Source: Escherichia coli (GTDB lineage Bacteria; Pseudomonadota; Gammaproteobacteria; Enterobacterales; Enterobacteriaceae). Taken from it: DNA of 64,000 bases. Shown in pieces: positions 34,372 through 47,004 of the stretch. A model generated the notes under the pieces. The model was not told the origin of the DNA and did no database searches. It saw only the letters and a list, made by a program, of their open reading frames with translations. Location: the NCBI RefSeq assembly GCF_030013205.1, contig NZ_CP122648.1. One strand, 5' to 3'. Position numbers and translations under genes: made by a program. Every line of letters starts with the position of its first letter. Position 1 is the stretch's first letter.

Positions 34372-35562
34372 CTATTGCGTCTGTTCTTCGAGTGTCACTG
34401 GCCAGCGGCGGAAAATGATGATTGACCATATTAACGCGGCAAAGGCAGGCACCGCGCCCACATAACCAATCATCGACATTGACCAGTGCAGACTTACCTG
34501 ATTACCTACCAACGCACCCGCGCCGATTCCAATATTAAATATCCCGGAGAATAGCGCCATCGCGACGTCGGTAGCATCTGGTGCCAGCGCCAGCACTTTA
34601 ACCTGCATACCAAGCCCGATGATCATCATCGCTATCCCCCAGAAAATACTCAGCACCCCGAGGTGTATTTCACTGTTCGCCGCAGGTAGCAGCAGTGCGA
34701 GGCACACCAGCAACAACGCAATCGCCGTACTCACCAACGCAGACGCATACTGATTACCCAGTTTACCGAAAATCACGCTGCCAATAATGCCCGCACCACC
34801 GAGTAATAACAGTAATGCCGTGGCAAAGTTGGCGCTGAATCCCGCAATGTTTTGCACAAAAGGCTCGATATAGCTGTATGCCGTGTAATGGGCGGTGACA
34901 ACCACCACAGTTAACAAATAAATGCTCATTAATGCCGGGCGGCGGAACAATAGCGGGAGGCTTTTCAATGAACCGGAATGCTCACTGGGCAGCAAGGGAA
35001 GTAACTTAATCAGGCACAAAAGGGTAATAAACGCCCCGATACCAATCGCGAAGAAGGTCATTCGCCAGCCAAAATACTGCCCCACAATGCGCCCGAGAGG
35101 TAAACCTAATACCATTGCCAGTGCTGTACCGGTGGCAATTAAACTCAACGCCTGCGCTCGCTTCCCGGCCGGAGCCATACGGATCGCCAGAGACGCCGTA
35201 ATCGACCAGAAAATCGCATGTGCAAAAGCCACACCAATGCGACTGATCACCAGAACGGTAAAGCTCCACGACAAAAACGACAGTACGTGGCTGGCAATAA
35301 ATACCACAAACAGGCAGATCAGTAATTTGCGTCGTTCAACCTGGCTGGTCATTAACATAAAAGGCAATGACATTAGCGCCACTACCCATGCATAAATCGT
35401 CAACATGATGCCGACCTGAGCGGTTTGCATGTGAAAACTTTGCGCAATGTCAGAGAGCAGGCCAACAGGGACAAATTCGGTGGTGTTGAAGATGAAGGCG
35501 GCGACTGCCAGCGTAACGACCCGTAGCCACGCCACTTTGCGGGAAACAGTGTTTGTTGTCAT
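34372..35562 (-). CDS. sotB: MFS sugar efflux transporter
   Basis: 396 aa, 12-TM MFS pattern. Confidence 0.8.
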   Translation of the reverse strand: MTTNTVSRKVAWLRVVTLAVAAFIFNTTEFVPVGLLSDIAQSFHMQTAQVGIMLTIYAWVVALMSLPFMLMTSQVERRKLLICLFVVFIASHVLSFLSWSFTVLVISRIGVAFAHAIFWSITASLAIRMAPAGKRAQALSLIATGTALAMVLGLPLGRIVGQYFGWRMTFFAIGIGAFITLLCLIKLLPLLPSEHSGSLKSLPLLFRRPALMSIYLLTVVVVTAHYTAYSYIEPFVQNIAGFSANFATALLLLLGGAGIIGSVIFGKLGNQYASALVSTAIALLLVCLALLLPAANSEIHLGVLSIFWGIAMMIIGLGMQVKVLALAPDATDVAMALFSGIFNIGIGAGALVGNQVSLHWSMSMIGYVGAVPAFAALIWSIIIFRRWPVTLEEQTQ

Positions 35563-35711
35563 AACAGATTATCGGGTGAGTTGCGAAAAAGTGATGAAAT
35601 GATCTTAAAACGGTTAATGATGTGAATACAATGCATTTGTGATCTGGATCGCGTTTTCCGTTTCTCTGACGCTGATTCTTTCACGCGTCAGAGAGTCGGT
35701 CACATCACGGT

Positions 35712-36827
35712 TTAATAACGTTCAGGGAGGTCTGGCGTTTTGGAGGTTGCGGGTATAGGTGGTCTGACAGGGGAGCGAGGCCTGTTTTTCACCAGGTCTT
35801 CATGAGTAACTTTTGGCGGCGTTTCATTTTTTACAAAAAGTTTGAGGGTCTTGCACGCCATATGTTTGATAATTTTATCATCACTTAATGATGCTGGCAT
35901 CAACACGTCAATCAAATCACTTTCATTGGGATTCATAAATTGGTGATAGTGCAATAACATATTGGCGAAAAATAAAAACAAGTCCTGAAAATGTGGAAAA
36001 TCTTGTTCTGCTAAAAGGGATAAAAAGCAGATGCAGACTTCGGGTAGTACATGTTTGTTAGAACCTAGTGAATCCATCAGACTTTGCAATAAATCCTCTT
36101 TTAATTCGCTGTCCGTTATGTCGAGAATAGCGGTGAGCAAGTTAGGTTCTTTATTCCCGAACCATCTGTGAACCTCAGAGTTATTCCATAATCGGGGGAG
36201 TATGACAAAATTACCGCGAGAGATAAAATTCAGGACAAGCAAATCAAACTGGCGTAAGTAATCTGCAGCGGTATGGTGATCCGGATGCAGGGGTTCAATA
36301 TGTGGCGTATGCGCTCTTTTGATAGGAACGCCAGGGTTGATTATTGGAAATTGTTCTATAAAGTCATTCAGAAACAGAAAGAGCACACGCTCGACGCCGG
36401 TCTGAAATACGCGCCCCATAGTGACAGGCTTTGGGTTGGGAGCGCAAAAAATATTAATTTCCCCATCATGGCGGAAATTATCTAAATAAATAGGGCTTAA
36501 ATTTATTACTACCTGAAATTCAATATTTTCTTTGTGTCTTCCATTCTTGACGGGATAAGTGAGTTTAAACTGAACCTTTTCATTGTATAGCGTGTCGTTA
36601 CCCCGAAAAGAAGTCCTCTGAATATATGATAAGTTGTCAAGGTTATTAAATATCTTTTTTGTGGCTGAGTTGATGTTTAAAGACGTGCGCCACTCTTCAT
36701 CACAGATTATTGTACTTAGCGCATCAATAAAATCCTTTAAAATTTCTTTTACCTGAGGAGCAATATTACGAACGGGAAAATCATCAGGAAGAGATATGTA
36801 ATTGCTGATGCTTACTGGCGTAACCAT
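35712..36827 (-). CDS. yneK: Uncharacterised protein (YneK-like), AT-rich gene with Pro-rich C-terminus
   Basis: 371 aa ORF with no recognisable domain; C-terminus RPRSPVRPPIPATSKTPDLPERY; visibly lower GC than its neighbours. Confidence 0.7.
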   Translation of the reverse strand: MVTPVSISNYISLPDDFPVRNIAPQVKEILKDFIDALSTIICDEEWRTSLNINSATKKIFNNLDNLSYIQRTSFRGNDTLYNEKVQFKLTYPVKNGRHKENIEFQVVINLSPIYLDNFRHDGEINIFCAPNPKPVTMGRVFQTGVERVLFLFLNDFIEQFPIINPGVPIKRAHTPHIEPLHPDHHTAADYLRQFDLLVLNFISRGNFVILPRLWNNSEVHRWFGNKEPNLLTAILDITDSELKEDLLQSLMDSLGSNKHVLPEVCICFLSLLAEQDFPHFQDLFLFFANMLLHYHQFMNPNESDLIDVLMPASLSDDKIIKHMACKTLKLFVKNETPPKVTHEDLVKNRPRSPVRPPIPATSKTPDLPERY

Positions 36828-36910
36828 ATTTGCCCCATATAGTCATAAGTCATCGGAGCATCACTATATAGAGCATATTAGCCGCAAGAACTATCAAAAA
36901 TAGCTCATTG

Positions 36911-37786
36911 CTAACTCTGTTTTGCCGAGTCAGACACATCCAGTAGTTGAATAAATGCCTCAAGCGGACGCGTTTTCGCACCGCGACGCCAGACCAGCCA
37001 GGTTGTTAACCAACGCCATTGCTCAGCTAACGGCCACGCTTCAACCTGGTGATGCCCCGGCATACTTTCCAGCATAGAGCGCGGAATAAGCGCAATACCT
37101 GCTCCTGCGACCACACAGGCCAACATTCCGTGATAAGACTCCATCTCATGGATAGTTCCCGGAGCGGCACCGTCAGCATGAAACCAGCTCTCGAAGTGGC
37201 GACGATACGAACAATTGGCGCGGAAGGCATAAATGTTACTGCCATTAACCTGACTGGCGCGGGTTACTGGCGCATGTCCTTGTGGCGTGACGATCATCAG
37301 CTCCTCGCGGTACACCGGTATCCCGTCAATGGCAGTATGGTTAATGGGCCCATCAATAAACGCTGCATTCAGTTTTCCCTCCAGCACACCTTCCAGCATA
37401 GTGCCGGAAGGGCCGGTGGAAAGTGAAAACTGAATTTTGGGATAACGACGGTTAAATTGCGCCAGCGTGGCCGGAATGCGCACCGCTGCGGTGCTTTCCA
37501 GCGAACCAAGAGAAAATAAACCTTGCGGCTCATCGCCAGCGACAACGCTCCGCGCTTCATCCACTAACGCGAGAATTTGTTGGCTATAGCGTAAAAAGTT
37601 ATGCCCGGCAGGCGAGAGACGTAAACGCTGATTCTCGCGAATAAACAGATCAACCCCCAGTTCTGTTTCCAGCTGGCGTAGACGGGTAGTGAGATTCGAC
37701 GGCACGCGATGCACTTTTGCTGCAGCCTGGGTAATGCTGCCAGCTTCGGCAACCGCGTTGAACATCTCCAGTTGGGTCAGATCCAT
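36911..37786 (-). CDS. yneJ: LysR-family transcriptional regulator
   Basis: 291 aa; N-terminal LysR HTH; divergent from sad. Confidence 0.8.
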   Translation of the reverse strand: MDLTQLEMFNAVAEAGSITQAAAKVHRVPSNLTTRLRQLETELGVDLFIRENQRLRLSPAGHNFLRYSQQILALVDEARSVVAGDEPQGLFSLGSLESTAAVRIPATLAQFNRRYPKIQFSLSTGPSGTMLEGVLEGKLNAAFIDGPINHTAIDGIPVYREELMIVTPQGHAPVTRASQVNGSNIYAFRANCSYRRHFESWFHADGAAPGTIHEMESYHGMLACVVAGAGIALIPRSMLESMPGHHQVEAWPLAEQWRWLTTWLVWRRGAKTRPLEAFIQLLDVSDSAKQS

Positions 37787-37886
37787 AATATTCTCGATTC
37801 ATGAATAAGTGGCTTAATATTATTCATTTTCAAGCAAGAGTAAATCTGCGTATCTTTTTACCATAACTCATAAAGGAGATACCCCG

Positions 37887-39275
37887 ATGACCATTACTCC
37901 GGCAACTCATGCAATTTCGATAAATCCTGCCACCGGTGAACAACTTTCTGTGTTGCCGTGGGCTGGCGCTGATGATATCGAAAACGCACTTCAGCTGGCG
38001 GCAGCAGGCTTTCGCGACTGGCGCGAGACAAATATAGATTATCGTGCTGAAAAACTGCGTGATATCGGTAAGGCTCTGTGCGCCCGTAGCGAAGAAATGG
38101 CGCAAATGATCACCCGTGAAATGGGCAAACCGATCAACCAGGCGCGTGCTGAAGTGGCGAAATCGGCGAATTTGTGTGACTGGTATGCAGAACATGGTCC
38201 GGCGATGTTGAAGGCGGAACCTACGCTGGTGGAAAATCAGCAGGCGGTTATTGAGTATCGTCCGTTGGGGACGATTCTGGCGATTATGCCGTGGAACTTT
38301 CCGTTATGGCAGGTGATGCGTGGCGCTGTTCCCATCATTCTTGCAGGTAACGGTTACTTACTTAAACATGCGCCGAATGTGATGGGCTGTGCACAGCTCA
38401 TTGCCCAGGTGTTTAAAGATGCGGGTATCCCACAAGGCGTATATGGCTGGCTGAATGCCGACAACGACGGCGTCAGTCAGATGATTAAAGACTCGCGCAT
38501 TGCTGCTGTCACGGTGACCGGAAGTGTTCGTGCGGGAGCGGCTATTGGCGCACAGGCTGGAGCGGCACTGAAAAAATGCGTACTGGAACTGGGCGGTTCG
38601 GATCCATTTATTGTGCTTAACGATGCCGATCTGGAACTGGCGGTTAAAGCGGCGGTAGCCGGACGTTATCAGAATACCGGACAGGTTTGTGCAGCGGCAA
38701 AACGCTTTATCATCGAAGAGGGAATTGCTTCGGCATTTACCGAACGTTTTGTGGCAGCTGCGGCAGCCTTGAAAATGGGCGATCCCCGTGACGAAGAGAA
38801 CACTCTCGGACCAATGGCTCGTTTTGATTTACGTGATGAGCTGCATCATCAGGTGGAGAAAACCCTGGCGCAGGGTGCGCGTTTGTTACTGGGCGGGGAA
38901 AAGATGGCTGGGGCAGGTAACTACTATCCGCCAACGGTTCTGGCGAATGTTACCCCAGAAATGACCGCGTTTCGGGAAGAAATGTTTGGCCCCGTTGCGG
39001 CAATCACGATTGCGAAAGATGCAGAACATGCACTGGAACTGGCTAATGATAGCGAGTTCGGCCTTTCAGCGACCATTTTTACCACTGACGAAACACAGGC
39101 CGGACAGATGGCGGCACGTCTGGAATGCGGTGGGGTGTTTATCAATGGTTATTGTGCCAGCGACGCGCGAGTGGCCTTTGGTGGCGTGAAAAAGAGTGGC
39201 TTTGGTCGTGAGCTTTCCCATTTCGGCTTACACGAATTCTGTAATATCCAGACGGTGTGGAAAGACCGGATCTGA
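37887..39275 (+). CDS. sad: NAD(P)-dependent succinate-semialdehyde dehydrogenase
   Basis: 462 aa aldehyde dehydrogenase with catalytic Cys (GQVCAAAKR) and Glu (LELGGSDP). Confidence 0.85.
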   Translation: MTITPATHAISINPATGEQLSVLPWAGADDIENALQLAAAGFRDWRETNIDYRAEKLRDIGKALCARSEEMAQMITREMGKPINQARAEVAKSANLCDWYAEHGPAMLKAEPTLVENQQAVIEYRPLGTILAIMPWNFPLWQVMRGAVPIILAGNGYLLKHAPNVMGCAQLIAQVFKDAGIPQGVYGWLNADNDGVSQMIKDSRIAAVTVTGSVRAGAAIGAQAGAALKKCVLELGGSDPFIVLNDADLELAVKAAVAGRYQNTGQVCAAAKRFIIEEGIASAFTERFVAAAAALKMGDPRDEENTLGPMARFDLRDELHHQVEKTLAQGARLLLGGEKMAGAGNYYPPTVLANVTPEMTAFREEMFGPVAAITIAKDAEHALELANDSEFGLSATIFTTDETQAGQMAARLECGGVFINGYCASDARVAFGGVKKSGFGRELSHFGLHEFCNIQTVWKDRI

Positions 39276-39338
39276 CGCTACATATTCAGCTCTGATATAC
39301 TCGCAGGTCTTTTCAGACCTGCGGTCCAGGAGTAGAAA

Positions 39339-40265
39339 GTGGCAGTCGCCATGGATAATGCAATTTTAGAAAACATCTTGCGGCAAGTGCGGCCGCTCAT
39401 TGGTCAGGGTAAAGTCGCGGATTATATTCCGGCGCTGGCTACGGTAGACGGTTCCCGATTGGGCATTGCTATCTGTACCGTTGACGGACAGCTTTTTCAG
39501 GCCGGAGACGCGCAAGAACGTTTTTCCATTCAGTCTATTTCCAAAGTGCTGAGTCTCGTTGTCGCCATGCGTCATTACTCCGAAGAGGAAATCTGGCAAC
39601 GCGTCGGCAAAGATCCGTCTGGATCACCGTTCAATTCTTTAGTGCAACTGGAAATGGAGCAGGGTATTCCGCGTAATCCGTTTATTAATGCCGGTGCGCT
39701 GGTGGTCTGCGATATGTTGCAAGGGCGATTAAGCGCTCCTCGGCAACGTATGCTGGAAGTCGTGCGCGGCTTAAGCGGTGTGTCTGATATTTCCTACGAT
39801 ACGGTGGTAGCGCGTTCCGAATTTGAACACTCCGCGCGAAATGCGGCTATCGCCTGGCTGATGAAGTCGTTTGGCAATTTCCATCATGACGTGACAACCG
39901 TTCTGCAAAACTACTTTCATTACTGCGCTCTGAAAATGAGCTGTGTAGAGCTGGCCCGGACGTTTGTCTTTCTGGCTAATCAGGGGAAAGCTATTCATAT
40001 TGATGAACCTGTGGTGACGCCAATGCAGGCGCGGCAAATTAACGCACTGATGGCGACCAGTGGTATGTACCAGAACGCGGGGGAGTTTGCCTGGCGGGTG
40101 GGACTACCGGCGAAATCTGGCGTTGGTGGCGGTATTGTGGCGATTGTTCCGCATGAAATGGCCATCGCAGTCTGGAGCCCGGAACTGGATGATGCCGGTA
40201 ACTCGCTTGCGGGCATTGCTGTCCTTGAACAATTGACGAAACAACTAGGGCGTTCGGTTTATTAA
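39339..40265 (+). CDS. glsB: Glutaminase 2
   Basis: 308 aa serine-dependent glutaminase (beta-lactamase-like fold, SISKV motif). Confidence 0.85.
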   Translation: MAVAMDNAILENILRQVRPLIGQGKVADYIPALATVDGSRLGIAICTVDGQLFQAGDAQERFSIQSISKVLSLVVAMRHYSEEEIWQRVGKDPSGSPFNSLVQLEMEQGIPRNPFINAGALVVCDMLQGRLSAPRQRMLEVVRGLSGVSDISYDTVVARSEFEHSARNAAIAWLMKSFGNFHHDVTTVLQNYFHYCALKMSCVELARTFVFLANQGKAIHIDEPVVTPMQARQINALMATSGMYQNAGEFAWRVGLPAKSGVGGGIVAIVPHEMAIAVWSPELDDAGNSLAGIAVLEQLTKQLGRSVY

Positions 40266-40624
40266 TGCAGTCTCTCGATCCACTCTTCGCGCGTTTATCC
40301 CGTTCAAAATTTCGCTCTCGGTTTCGTTTGGGCATGAAAGAGCGTCAGTATTGTCTGGAGAAAGGCGCGCCAGTCATCGAACAACATGCGGCGGATTTTG
40401 TCGCTAAACGTCTTGCTCCGGCATTACCGACTAATGACGGTAAGCAAACCCCCATGCGCGGGCATCCGGTGTTTATCGCTCAGCACGCCACTGCAACCTG
40501 TTGTCGCGGTTGTCTGGCTAAGTGGCATAACATTCCGCAGGGTGTTTCGTTAAGCGAGGAACAACAACGTTATATCGTGGCGGTAATCTATCACTGGTTG
40601 GTTATACAGATGAATCAGCCATGA
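40265..40624 (+). CDS. yneG: Small protein YneG-like (DUF4186-like)
   Basis: 119 aa ORF translationally coupled to glsB (overlapping stop/start). Confidence 0.7.
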   Translation: MQSLDPLFARLSRSKFRSRFRLGMKERQYCLEKGAPVIEQHAADFVAKRLAPALPTNDGKQTPMRGHPVFIAQHATATCCRGCLAKWHNIPQGVSLSEEQQRYIVAVIYHWLVIQMNQP

Positions 40625-40762
40625 TAATTGCGGAAAACGATAAAATAGCATTCCCAGGATATCTTTATTTGCTGCCGCTGTCAGCGAACATGCTATCCTT
40701 TATAAGAATTTACTTATTACGTTGAGATAATTGCCACCCGCAATTGTATGGACAGATAATTA

Positions 40763-42181
40763 ATGCATGTACAGCCCATTTCAACTTTCCGTTTGTTCCA
40801 GGAAGGTCATCTGCTACGTAATAGCATCGCTATTTTTGCGCTAACCACGCTGTTCTATTTTATTGGTGCAGAGTTACGGCTGGTTCACGAACTTTCTCTT
40901 TTCTGGCCGCTGAATGGCGTAATGGCGGGGGTGTTTGCCCGCTATGTCTGGCTTAATCGACTGCATTACTATGCGATCAGTTATGTGGCAATGCTGGTTT
41001 ATGATGCCATAACCACCGAATGGGGGCTGGTTTCACTGGCTATCAATTTCTCCAATATGATGTTTATTGTTACCGTCGCCTTACTGGTCGCGCGGGATAA
41101 GCGTCTGGGGAAAAATAAGTACGAGCCAGTAAGTGCCTTACGGCTATTTAATTACTGTCTGATTGCCGCATTATTATGCGCTATTGTCGGGGCGATTGGT
41201 TCGGTCAGTATTGATAGTCTGGATTTCTGGCCTTTGCTTGCCGACTGGTTCAGTGAGCAATTCTCAACGGGCGTGTTGATAGTGCCTTGTATGCTGACGT
41301 TGGCAATTCCTGGAGTGCTGCCGCGCTTTAAAGCAGAACAGATGATGCCCGCTATCGCGCTTATTGTGTCGGTTATTGCCTCGGTAGTCATTGGCGGAGC
41401 GGGGAGTCTGGCGTTCCCGCTGCCTGCATTAATCTGGTGTGCCGTGCGCTATACGCCGCAGGTAACATGTCTGTTGACCTTTGTCACCGGTGCGGTGGAA
41501 ATCGTACTGGTGGCAAATTCGGTGATTGATATCTCGGTCGGTTCGCCGTTCTCCATTCCGCAAATGTTCTCCGCACGTCTCGGTATTGCCACGATGGCGA
41601 TATGCCCAATTATGGTTTCTTTTAGCGTGGCAGCGATCAATTCGCTAATGAAGCAAGTTGCGCTGCGAGCCGACTTTGATTTTCTGACTCAGGTTTACTC
41701 ACGGTCCGGTCTTTATGAGGCGCTGAAAAGTCCATCGCTGAAACAGACACAACATCTGACTGTCATGCTGCTTGATATCGACTATTTCAAAAGCATTAAC
41801 GATAACTATGGACATGAATGTGGCGATAAAGTGTTAAGCGTGTTTGCCCAGCATATTCAGAAGATTGTCGGTGATAAGGGGCTGGTGGCGCGAATGGGCG
41901 GCGAAGAATTTGCTGTTGCAGTGCCATCGGTGAATCCTGTCGATGGTCTGCTAATGGCGGAAAAAATCCGTAAAGGCGTTGAACTGCAACCGTTCACCTG
42001 GCAACAAAAAACGCTTTATCTCACGGTAAGTATTGGCGTCGGTAGTGGTTGCGCATCGTACCGAACGCTGACCGATGACTTTAATAAATTGATGGTCGAA
42101 GCCGATACATGTCTGTATCGCTCGAAGAAAGATGGGCGCAACCGTACCAGCACTATGCGTTACGGTGAGGAAGTTGTCTGA
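40763..42181 (+). CDS. dgcF: Membrane-anchored diguanylate cyclase (GGDEF)
   Basis: 472 aa; N-terminal multi-TM sensor region; C-terminal GGDEF domain with a GGEEF motif (RMGGEEF). Confidence 0.75.
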   Translation: MHVQPISTFRLFQEGHLLRNSIAIFALTTLFYFIGAELRLVHELSLFWPLNGVMAGVFARYVWLNRLHYYAISYVAMLVYDAITTEWGLVSLAINFSNMMFIVTVALLVARDKRLGKNKYEPVSALRLFNYCLIAALLCAIVGAIGSVSIDSLDFWPLLADWFSEQFSTGVLIVPCMLTLAIPGVLPRFKAEQMMPAIALIVSVIASVVIGGAGSLAFPLPALIWCAVRYTPQVTCLLTFVTGAVEIVLVANSVIDISVGSPFSIPQMFSARLGIATMAICPIMVSFSVAAINSLMKQVALRADFDFLTQVYSRSGLYEALKSPSLKQTQHLTVMLLDIDYFKSINDNYGHECGDKVLSVFAQHIQKIVGDKGLVARMGGEEFAVAVPSVNPVDGLLMAEKIRKGVELQPFTWQQKTLYLTVSIGVGSGCASYRTLTDDFNKLMVEADTCLYRSKKDGRNRTSTMRYGEEVV

Positions 42182-42407
42182 CATCTTTATTCATTCACAG
42201 CGAATTAAATGCAATGTGTTCTACCACTTTATGTTCGAAGAAAAGGCGTATTTCCTCAATTAAACCATGATCCGCGCCACACTTTTCTCATAAAACTGCT
42301 CATTAATCATCAGGAGTTGATCAAAACAGGGGTTCGGCGTATTAAAGCTTGCTAACCTGTCGTACCAATTCAAACAGGTTGTATGACTAATCAGAAGGGA
42401 ACCCATT

Positions 42408-43859
42408 GTGAAAACACTAAATCGTCGCGATTTTCCCGGTGCACAGTATCCAGAACGTATCATTCAGTTTGGTGAAGGTAACTTCCTGCGCGCCTTTGTT
42501 GACTGGCAAATCGATCTCCTGAATGAGCACACCGATCTGAATTCTGGCGTGGTCGTTGTTCGTCCGATTGAAACTTCATTCCCGCCGTCATTGAGCACGC
42601 AGGATGGTCTGTACACCACCATTATCCGTGGTTTGAATGAGAAGGGGGAGGCGGTCAGCGACGCGCGTCTGATTCGCTCGGTTAATCGTGAAATCAGCGT
42701 CTACAGTGAATACGATGAATTCCTGAAACTGGCGCACAACCCGGAAATGCGCTTTGTTTTCTCTAACACCACCGAAGCGGGTATCAGCTACCATGCGGGC
42801 GATAAATTCGATGACGCGCCAGCGGTAAGTTATCCGGCAAAACTGACCCGTCTGCTGTTCGAACGTTTTAGCCATTTCAACGGAGCGCAGGATAAAGGTT
42901 GGATCATCATCCCATGTGAACTGATCGACTATAACGGCGATGCACTGCGTGAACTGGTGCTGCGCTACGCGCAAGAGTGGGCACTACCAGAAGCATTTAT
43001 TCAATGGCTGGATCAGGCTAACAGCTTCTGTTCTACGCTGGTGGACCGTATCGTTACCGGTTATCCGCGTGATGAAGTGGCTAAACTGGAAGAAGAACTG
43101 GGTTATCACGATGGTTTCCTCGACACCGCTGAACACTTTTACCTGTTTGTGATTCAGGGTCCGAAATCCTTAGCGACTGAACTGCGTCTGGACAAATATC
43201 CGCTCAACGTGCTGATTGTTGACGATATTAAACCGTACAAAGAACGCAAAGTGGCAATCCTCAACGGTGCGCACACCGCGCTGGTTCCGGTGGCGTTCCA
43301 GGCAGGGCTGGATACCGTAGGTGAAGCGATGAACGATGCTGAAATTTGCGCATTCGTTGAAAAGGCCATCTACGAAGAAATTATTCCGGTACTGGATTTG
43401 CCACGTGATGAACTGGAATCTTTCGCCAGTGCAGTCACCGGACGTTTCCGTAACCCGTACATCAAACATCAGTTGCTATCTATCGCCCTCAACGGTATGA
43501 CCAAGTTCCGCACCCGCATCCTGCCGCAACTGCTGGCAGGGCAGAAGGCAAACGGCACACTTCCGGCGCGCCTTACTTTCGCATTAGCGGCATTGATTGC
43601 GTTTTATCGCGGTGAGCGTAATGGAGAAACATATCCGGTACAGGACGATGCACATTGGCTGGAACGTTATCAGCAACTCTGGAGCCAGCATCGTGACCGT
43701 GTTATCGGTACCCAGGAACTGGTAGCGATTGTTTTGGCAGAAAAAGACCACTGGGAGCAGGACCTGACGCAAGTGCCTGGTCTGGTCGAGCAGGTGGCTA
43801 ATGACCTGGATGCGATTCTCGAAAAAGGAATGCGCGAAGCTGTACGTCCGTTGTGCTAA
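42408..43859 (+). CDS. uxaB: Altronate oxidoreductase (tagaturonate reductase)
   Basis: 483 aa mannitol-dehydrogenase-family enzyme. Confidence 0.9.
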   Translation: MKTLNRRDFPGAQYPERIIQFGEGNFLRAFVDWQIDLLNEHTDLNSGVVVVRPIETSFPPSLSTQDGLYTTIIRGLNEKGEAVSDARLIRSVNREISVYSEYDEFLKLAHNPEMRFVFSNTTEAGISYHAGDKFDDAPAVSYPAKLTRLLFERFSHFNGAQDKGWIIIPCELIDYNGDALRELVLRYAQEWALPEAFIQWLDQANSFCSTLVDRIVTGYPRDEVAKLEEELGYHDGFLDTAEHFYLFVIQGPKSLATELRLDKYPLNVLIVDDIKPYKERKVAILNGAHTALVPVAFQAGLDTVGEAMNDAEICAFVEKAIYEEIIPVLDLPRDELESFASAVTGRFRNPYIKHQLLSIALNGMTKFRTRILPQLLAGQKANGTLPARLTFALAALIAFYRGERNGETYPVQDDAHWLERYQQLWSQHRDRVIGTQELVAIVLAEKDHWEQDLTQVPGLVEQVANDLDAILEKGMREAVRPLC

Positions 43860-44055
43860 TACTCTGAACCCGGTTTCGACCGGGTTTCTTATTTTACTAT
43901 ATTAGTTACAACATCCTATGTGCCTTTATCATTAACGGGTGCCATATGCCACACCTGTAAATGTTGTAAGCTTGTAGGTAATTTGTACGTAGCGTCTTGA
44001 GAATGTGATCGTAATCACGTTTAATAGGGCGACTTTTCCACGCCTGAAGATAACC

Positions 44056-44970
44056 ATGATAGTTCGTCCACAACAACACTGGCTGCGCCGTATTTTTGTC
44101 TGGCATGGCTCAGTATTATCCAAGATATCCTCGCGCTTACTACTCAATTTTCTCTTTTCTATCGCTGTTATTTTCATGCTGCCCTGGTACACGCATTTGG
44201 GCATCAAATTCACCCTCGCACCGTTCAGCATTCTCGGTGTCGCCATCGCCATTTTTCTTGGTTTTCGTAATAATGCCGGGTACGCCCGTTACGTTGAAGC
44301 GCGAAAACTTTGGGGGCAGTTGATGATTGCCTCACGGTCGTTACTGCGGGAGGTAAAAACGACATTGCCGGATTCGGCAAGTGTAAGGGAGTTTGCCCGG
44401 CTGCAAATTGCCTTCGCCCATTGTTTACGCATGACATTACGCAAACAGCCACAGGCGGAAGTGCTGGCACATTATCTCAAGACTGAAGATCTTCAGCGTG
44501 TACTGGCTTCGAACTCTCCAGCTAACCGTATCTTGTTAATAATGGGAGAATGGTTGGCGGTTCAGCGCCGCAATGGACAGCTTTCAGATATCCTGTTTAT
44601 TAGCCTCAACGATCGGCTTAACGATATTTCAGCGGTTCTGGCAGGCTGCGAGCGCATTGCCTATACGCCAATTCCCTTTGCCTACACCCTGATTTTGCAT
44701 CGTACCGTTTATCTGTTTTGTATCATGCTGCCGTTCGCGCTGGTCGTGGACCTGCATTACATGACGCCTTTTATCTCTGTGCTGATTTCCTACACTTTTA
44801 TTTCGCTGGATTGTCTGGCGGAAGAACTGGAAGATCCCTTCGGTACTGAAAACAATGATTTACCGCTGGATGCCATCTGCAACGCTATTGAAATTGACCT
44901 GTTACAGATGAACGATGAAGCAGAAATTCCGGCAAAAATTCTTCCCGATCGTCATTACCAGCTGACGTAA
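44056..44970 (+). CDS. yneE: Bestrophin-like (UPF0187) membrane protein
   Basis: ORF 44005..44970; ATG at 44056 gives 304 aa. Confidence 0.75.
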   Translation: MIVRPQQHWLRRIFVWHGSVLSKISSRLLLNFLFSIAVIFMLPWYTHLGIKFTLAPFSILGVAIAIFLGFRNNAGYARYVEARKLWGQLMIASRSLLREVKTTLPDSASVREFARLQIAFAHCLRMTLRKQPQAEVLAHYLKTEDLQRVLASNSPANRILLIMGEWLAVQRRNGQLSDILFISLNDRLNDISAVLAGCERIAYTPIPFAYTLILHRTVYLFCIMLPFALVVDLHYMTPFISVLISYTFISLDCLAEELEDPFGTENNDLPLDAICNAIEIDLLQMNDEAEIPAKILPDRHYQLT

Positions 44971-44973
44971 GAT

Positions 44974-45732
44974 TTACTCCGTACGCCGGGCAACAATAAA
45001 CAGACGCGGAAATGCCAGCAGTATCTGTCCGTTCTCTTGCAGTGGATACTGCTCTTCCAGCATCTGATGGTAGCGCGTAAGAAAATGCTGCTGTTCGCTC
45101 TCGGTCAGATCCTGTAACCACGGACGTAATCCAGTGGCGGTCACCCAATCGATAATCGCCTGGTGCGACGGCATCTGGTGATAGTAGGTGGTTCGCCAGA
45201 TATCGACCTCACATCCGGCTTCGCTCAAAATATCGTAGTAAGCATGAACGCCAGCCAGCGGCTCACGCCCGCGATCCGGATAATTTTGTTCCCAGGCAAC
45301 TTCGCGCATGAGCACATGGGTTGGCTCTAGCCAGTTATCTGGCATCTGTACTGCCAACACACCATGCGAATTAAGTAAAGAAACCAGATGAGGGAACAAT
45401 TCGTAGTGGTCGGGCAGCCATTGCAGTGAGGCATTAGCAAAAATCAGATCGAGTGCCTGTTCCGGTTGCCAGTTGCGGATGTCTGCTTCCACGAACTGGC
45501 AGTCTGGCAAAGCACTGCGCGCTTCAGCAATCATCGCCGGAGACGAGTCGATGCCTGTTATCCTGGCCGCAGGCCAACGTTGATGCAGCAGGGCGGTGCT
45601 GTTACCTGGGCCACAGCCAAGATCGGCAACGTATTCGATATTCTCCAGCGGCACTCTGGCAAGCAACTCCACCGCCGGACGCGATCGTTCAGCGGCAAAG
45701 TGCAGATATAAAGAGGGGTTCCAGTCAGACAT
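44974..45732 (-). CDS. tam: Trans-aconitate 2-methyltransferase
   Basis: 252 aa SAM-dependent methyltransferase (DLGCGPGN motif). Confidence 0.85.
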   Translation of the reverse strand: MSDWNPSLYLHFAAERSRPAVELLARVPLENIEYVADLGCGPGNSTALLHQRWPAARITGIDSSPAMIAEARSALPDCQFVEADIRNWQPEQALDLIFANASLQWLPDHYELFPHLVSLLNSHGVLAVQMPDNWLEPTHVLMREVAWEQNYPDRGREPLAGVHAYYDILSEAGCEVDIWRTTYYHQMPSHQAIIDWVTATGLRPWLQDLTESEQQHFLTRYHQMLEEQYPLQENGQILLAFPRLFIVARRTE

Positions 45733-45788
45733 TTTTTTACTCCCGTCAGCGCGTTACCCCAATTGTAGATAAAACTGATAAATTCGCC

Positions 45789-46079
45789 TCACGGCATCAA
45801 CCCATTGAACAGACGTTTTTTACGCGGCCCGGTCATTAAAGATTCCAGTTTCGCGACACAGGTTTTGTAGTGGGGCGTGGTTTTATGGAATGCCACTGCG
45901 TCTTCATCTTTATAGGCTTCGTAGATATAAAAGCGCGAATTCACTTCCGGGTCCTGTAAGACATCGAAGCGCAAATTGCCTTCTTCCTGTACAGAGCCCA
46001 GGTGGTTCTGGCGAAAAACTTCGATAAACTCGTCAACCTTGTCTTCATGAACGTTAATTTCAACCAGTGTGACGTGCAT
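45789..46079 (-). CDS. lsrG: (4S)-4-hydroxy-5-phosphonooxypentane-2,3-dione isomerase (AI-2 degradation)
   Basis: 96 aa ABM-type monooxygenase-like fold; last gene of the lsr operon. Confidence 0.85.
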   Translation of the reverse strand: MHVTLVEINVHEDKVDEFIEVFRQNHLGSVQEEGNLRFDVLQDPEVNSRFYIYEAYKDEDAVAFHKTTPHYKTCVAKLESLMTGPRKKRLFNGLMP

Positions 46080-46102
46080 AATTCTTCTCCTTAAATCCGC
46101 AG

Positions 46103-46978
46103 TTACTGTTTTTCACTCAGATAGAGTTCATATGCCCGATCAGCCGTTTCGTTATGGTGAACCACCGCCTGTACGGCTTTCATCATCGCCACCGGATGGT
46201 CAGACTGGAAAATATTCCGCCCCATATCCACACCAGAAGCGCCCTGATCGATAGCCTGCCAGCACATTTCCAGCGCCTCGCGCTCCGGTAGTTTTTTACC
46301 GCCAGCAATAACAATGGGTACCGGACATCCGGCAACAATCCGTTCAAAACCTTTTTCGACATAATAAGTTTTGATAATCTGCGCCCCCATTTCAGCGGCG
46401 ATTCGAGTCGCGAGCGAGAAATAACGCTGATCGCGCACCATATCTTTGCCCACGCCAGTCACGGCCATGGTCGGCATTCCCACTTTCATTCCGGCATCGA
46501 CCAGCTGAATAATATTTTTGATCGACTGATGTTCATATTCGCTGCCGATATAAACCTGCGCCGCCACCGCGCAACTGTTCAGGCGCACGGCGTCATCCAT
46601 CGATAACGCCACGGCTTCATTACTTAATTCCGCCAGAATAGAGTTCGCACCTGACGCCCGCAGTACCACTGGCTTATTAGTCGCCGGGGGGACTACGCTG
46701 CGCAAAATGCCGCGCGTACACATTAATACATCGGCATGTTCAAACAGCGGGGCGATATTTATATCAATGCGTTCAAGTCCGGTAGTCGGCCCCTGAAAAT
46801 AACCATGGTCAAAGGCCAGCATCACGGTGTTACCCGTTTTCGGATTAAATATCCGTGATAAGCGTGACTGCATTCCCCAATCCAGCGCACCGCAACCTTT
46901 CAGGGTAAAAGGGATATTTTGTTGCGGTTGATCGGTACGAAAATCTTTACCATCTTTAATATCGTCTAAATCTGCCAT
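46103..46978 (-). CDS. lsrF: 3-hydroxy-5-phosphonooxypentane-2,4-dione thiolase (aldolase-like)
   Basis: 291 aa class I aldolase-like protein. Confidence 0.85.
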   Translation of the reverse strand: MADLDDIKDGKDFRTDQPQQNIPFTLKGCGALDWGMQSRLSRIFNPKTGNTVMLAFDHGYFQGPTTGLERIDINIAPLFEHADVLMCTRGILRSVVPPATNKPVVLRASGANSILAELSNEAVALSMDDAVRLNSCAVAAQVYIGSEYEHQSIKNIIQLVDAGMKVGMPTMAVTGVGKDMVRDQRYFSLATRIAAEMGAQIIKTYYVEKGFERIVAGCPVPIVIAGGKKLPEREALEMCWQAIDQGASGVDMGRNIFQSDHPVAMMKAVQAVVHHNETADRAYELYLSEKQ

Positions 46979-47004
46979 AACGTACTCCGGTTAAGTAATG
47001 CACA

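Noticed and set aside
34922-35395. 157-aa plus-strand ORF inside sotB
   Set aside because: Antisense to an MFS transporter gene with a convincing transmembrane pattern; Arg-rich spurious frame.
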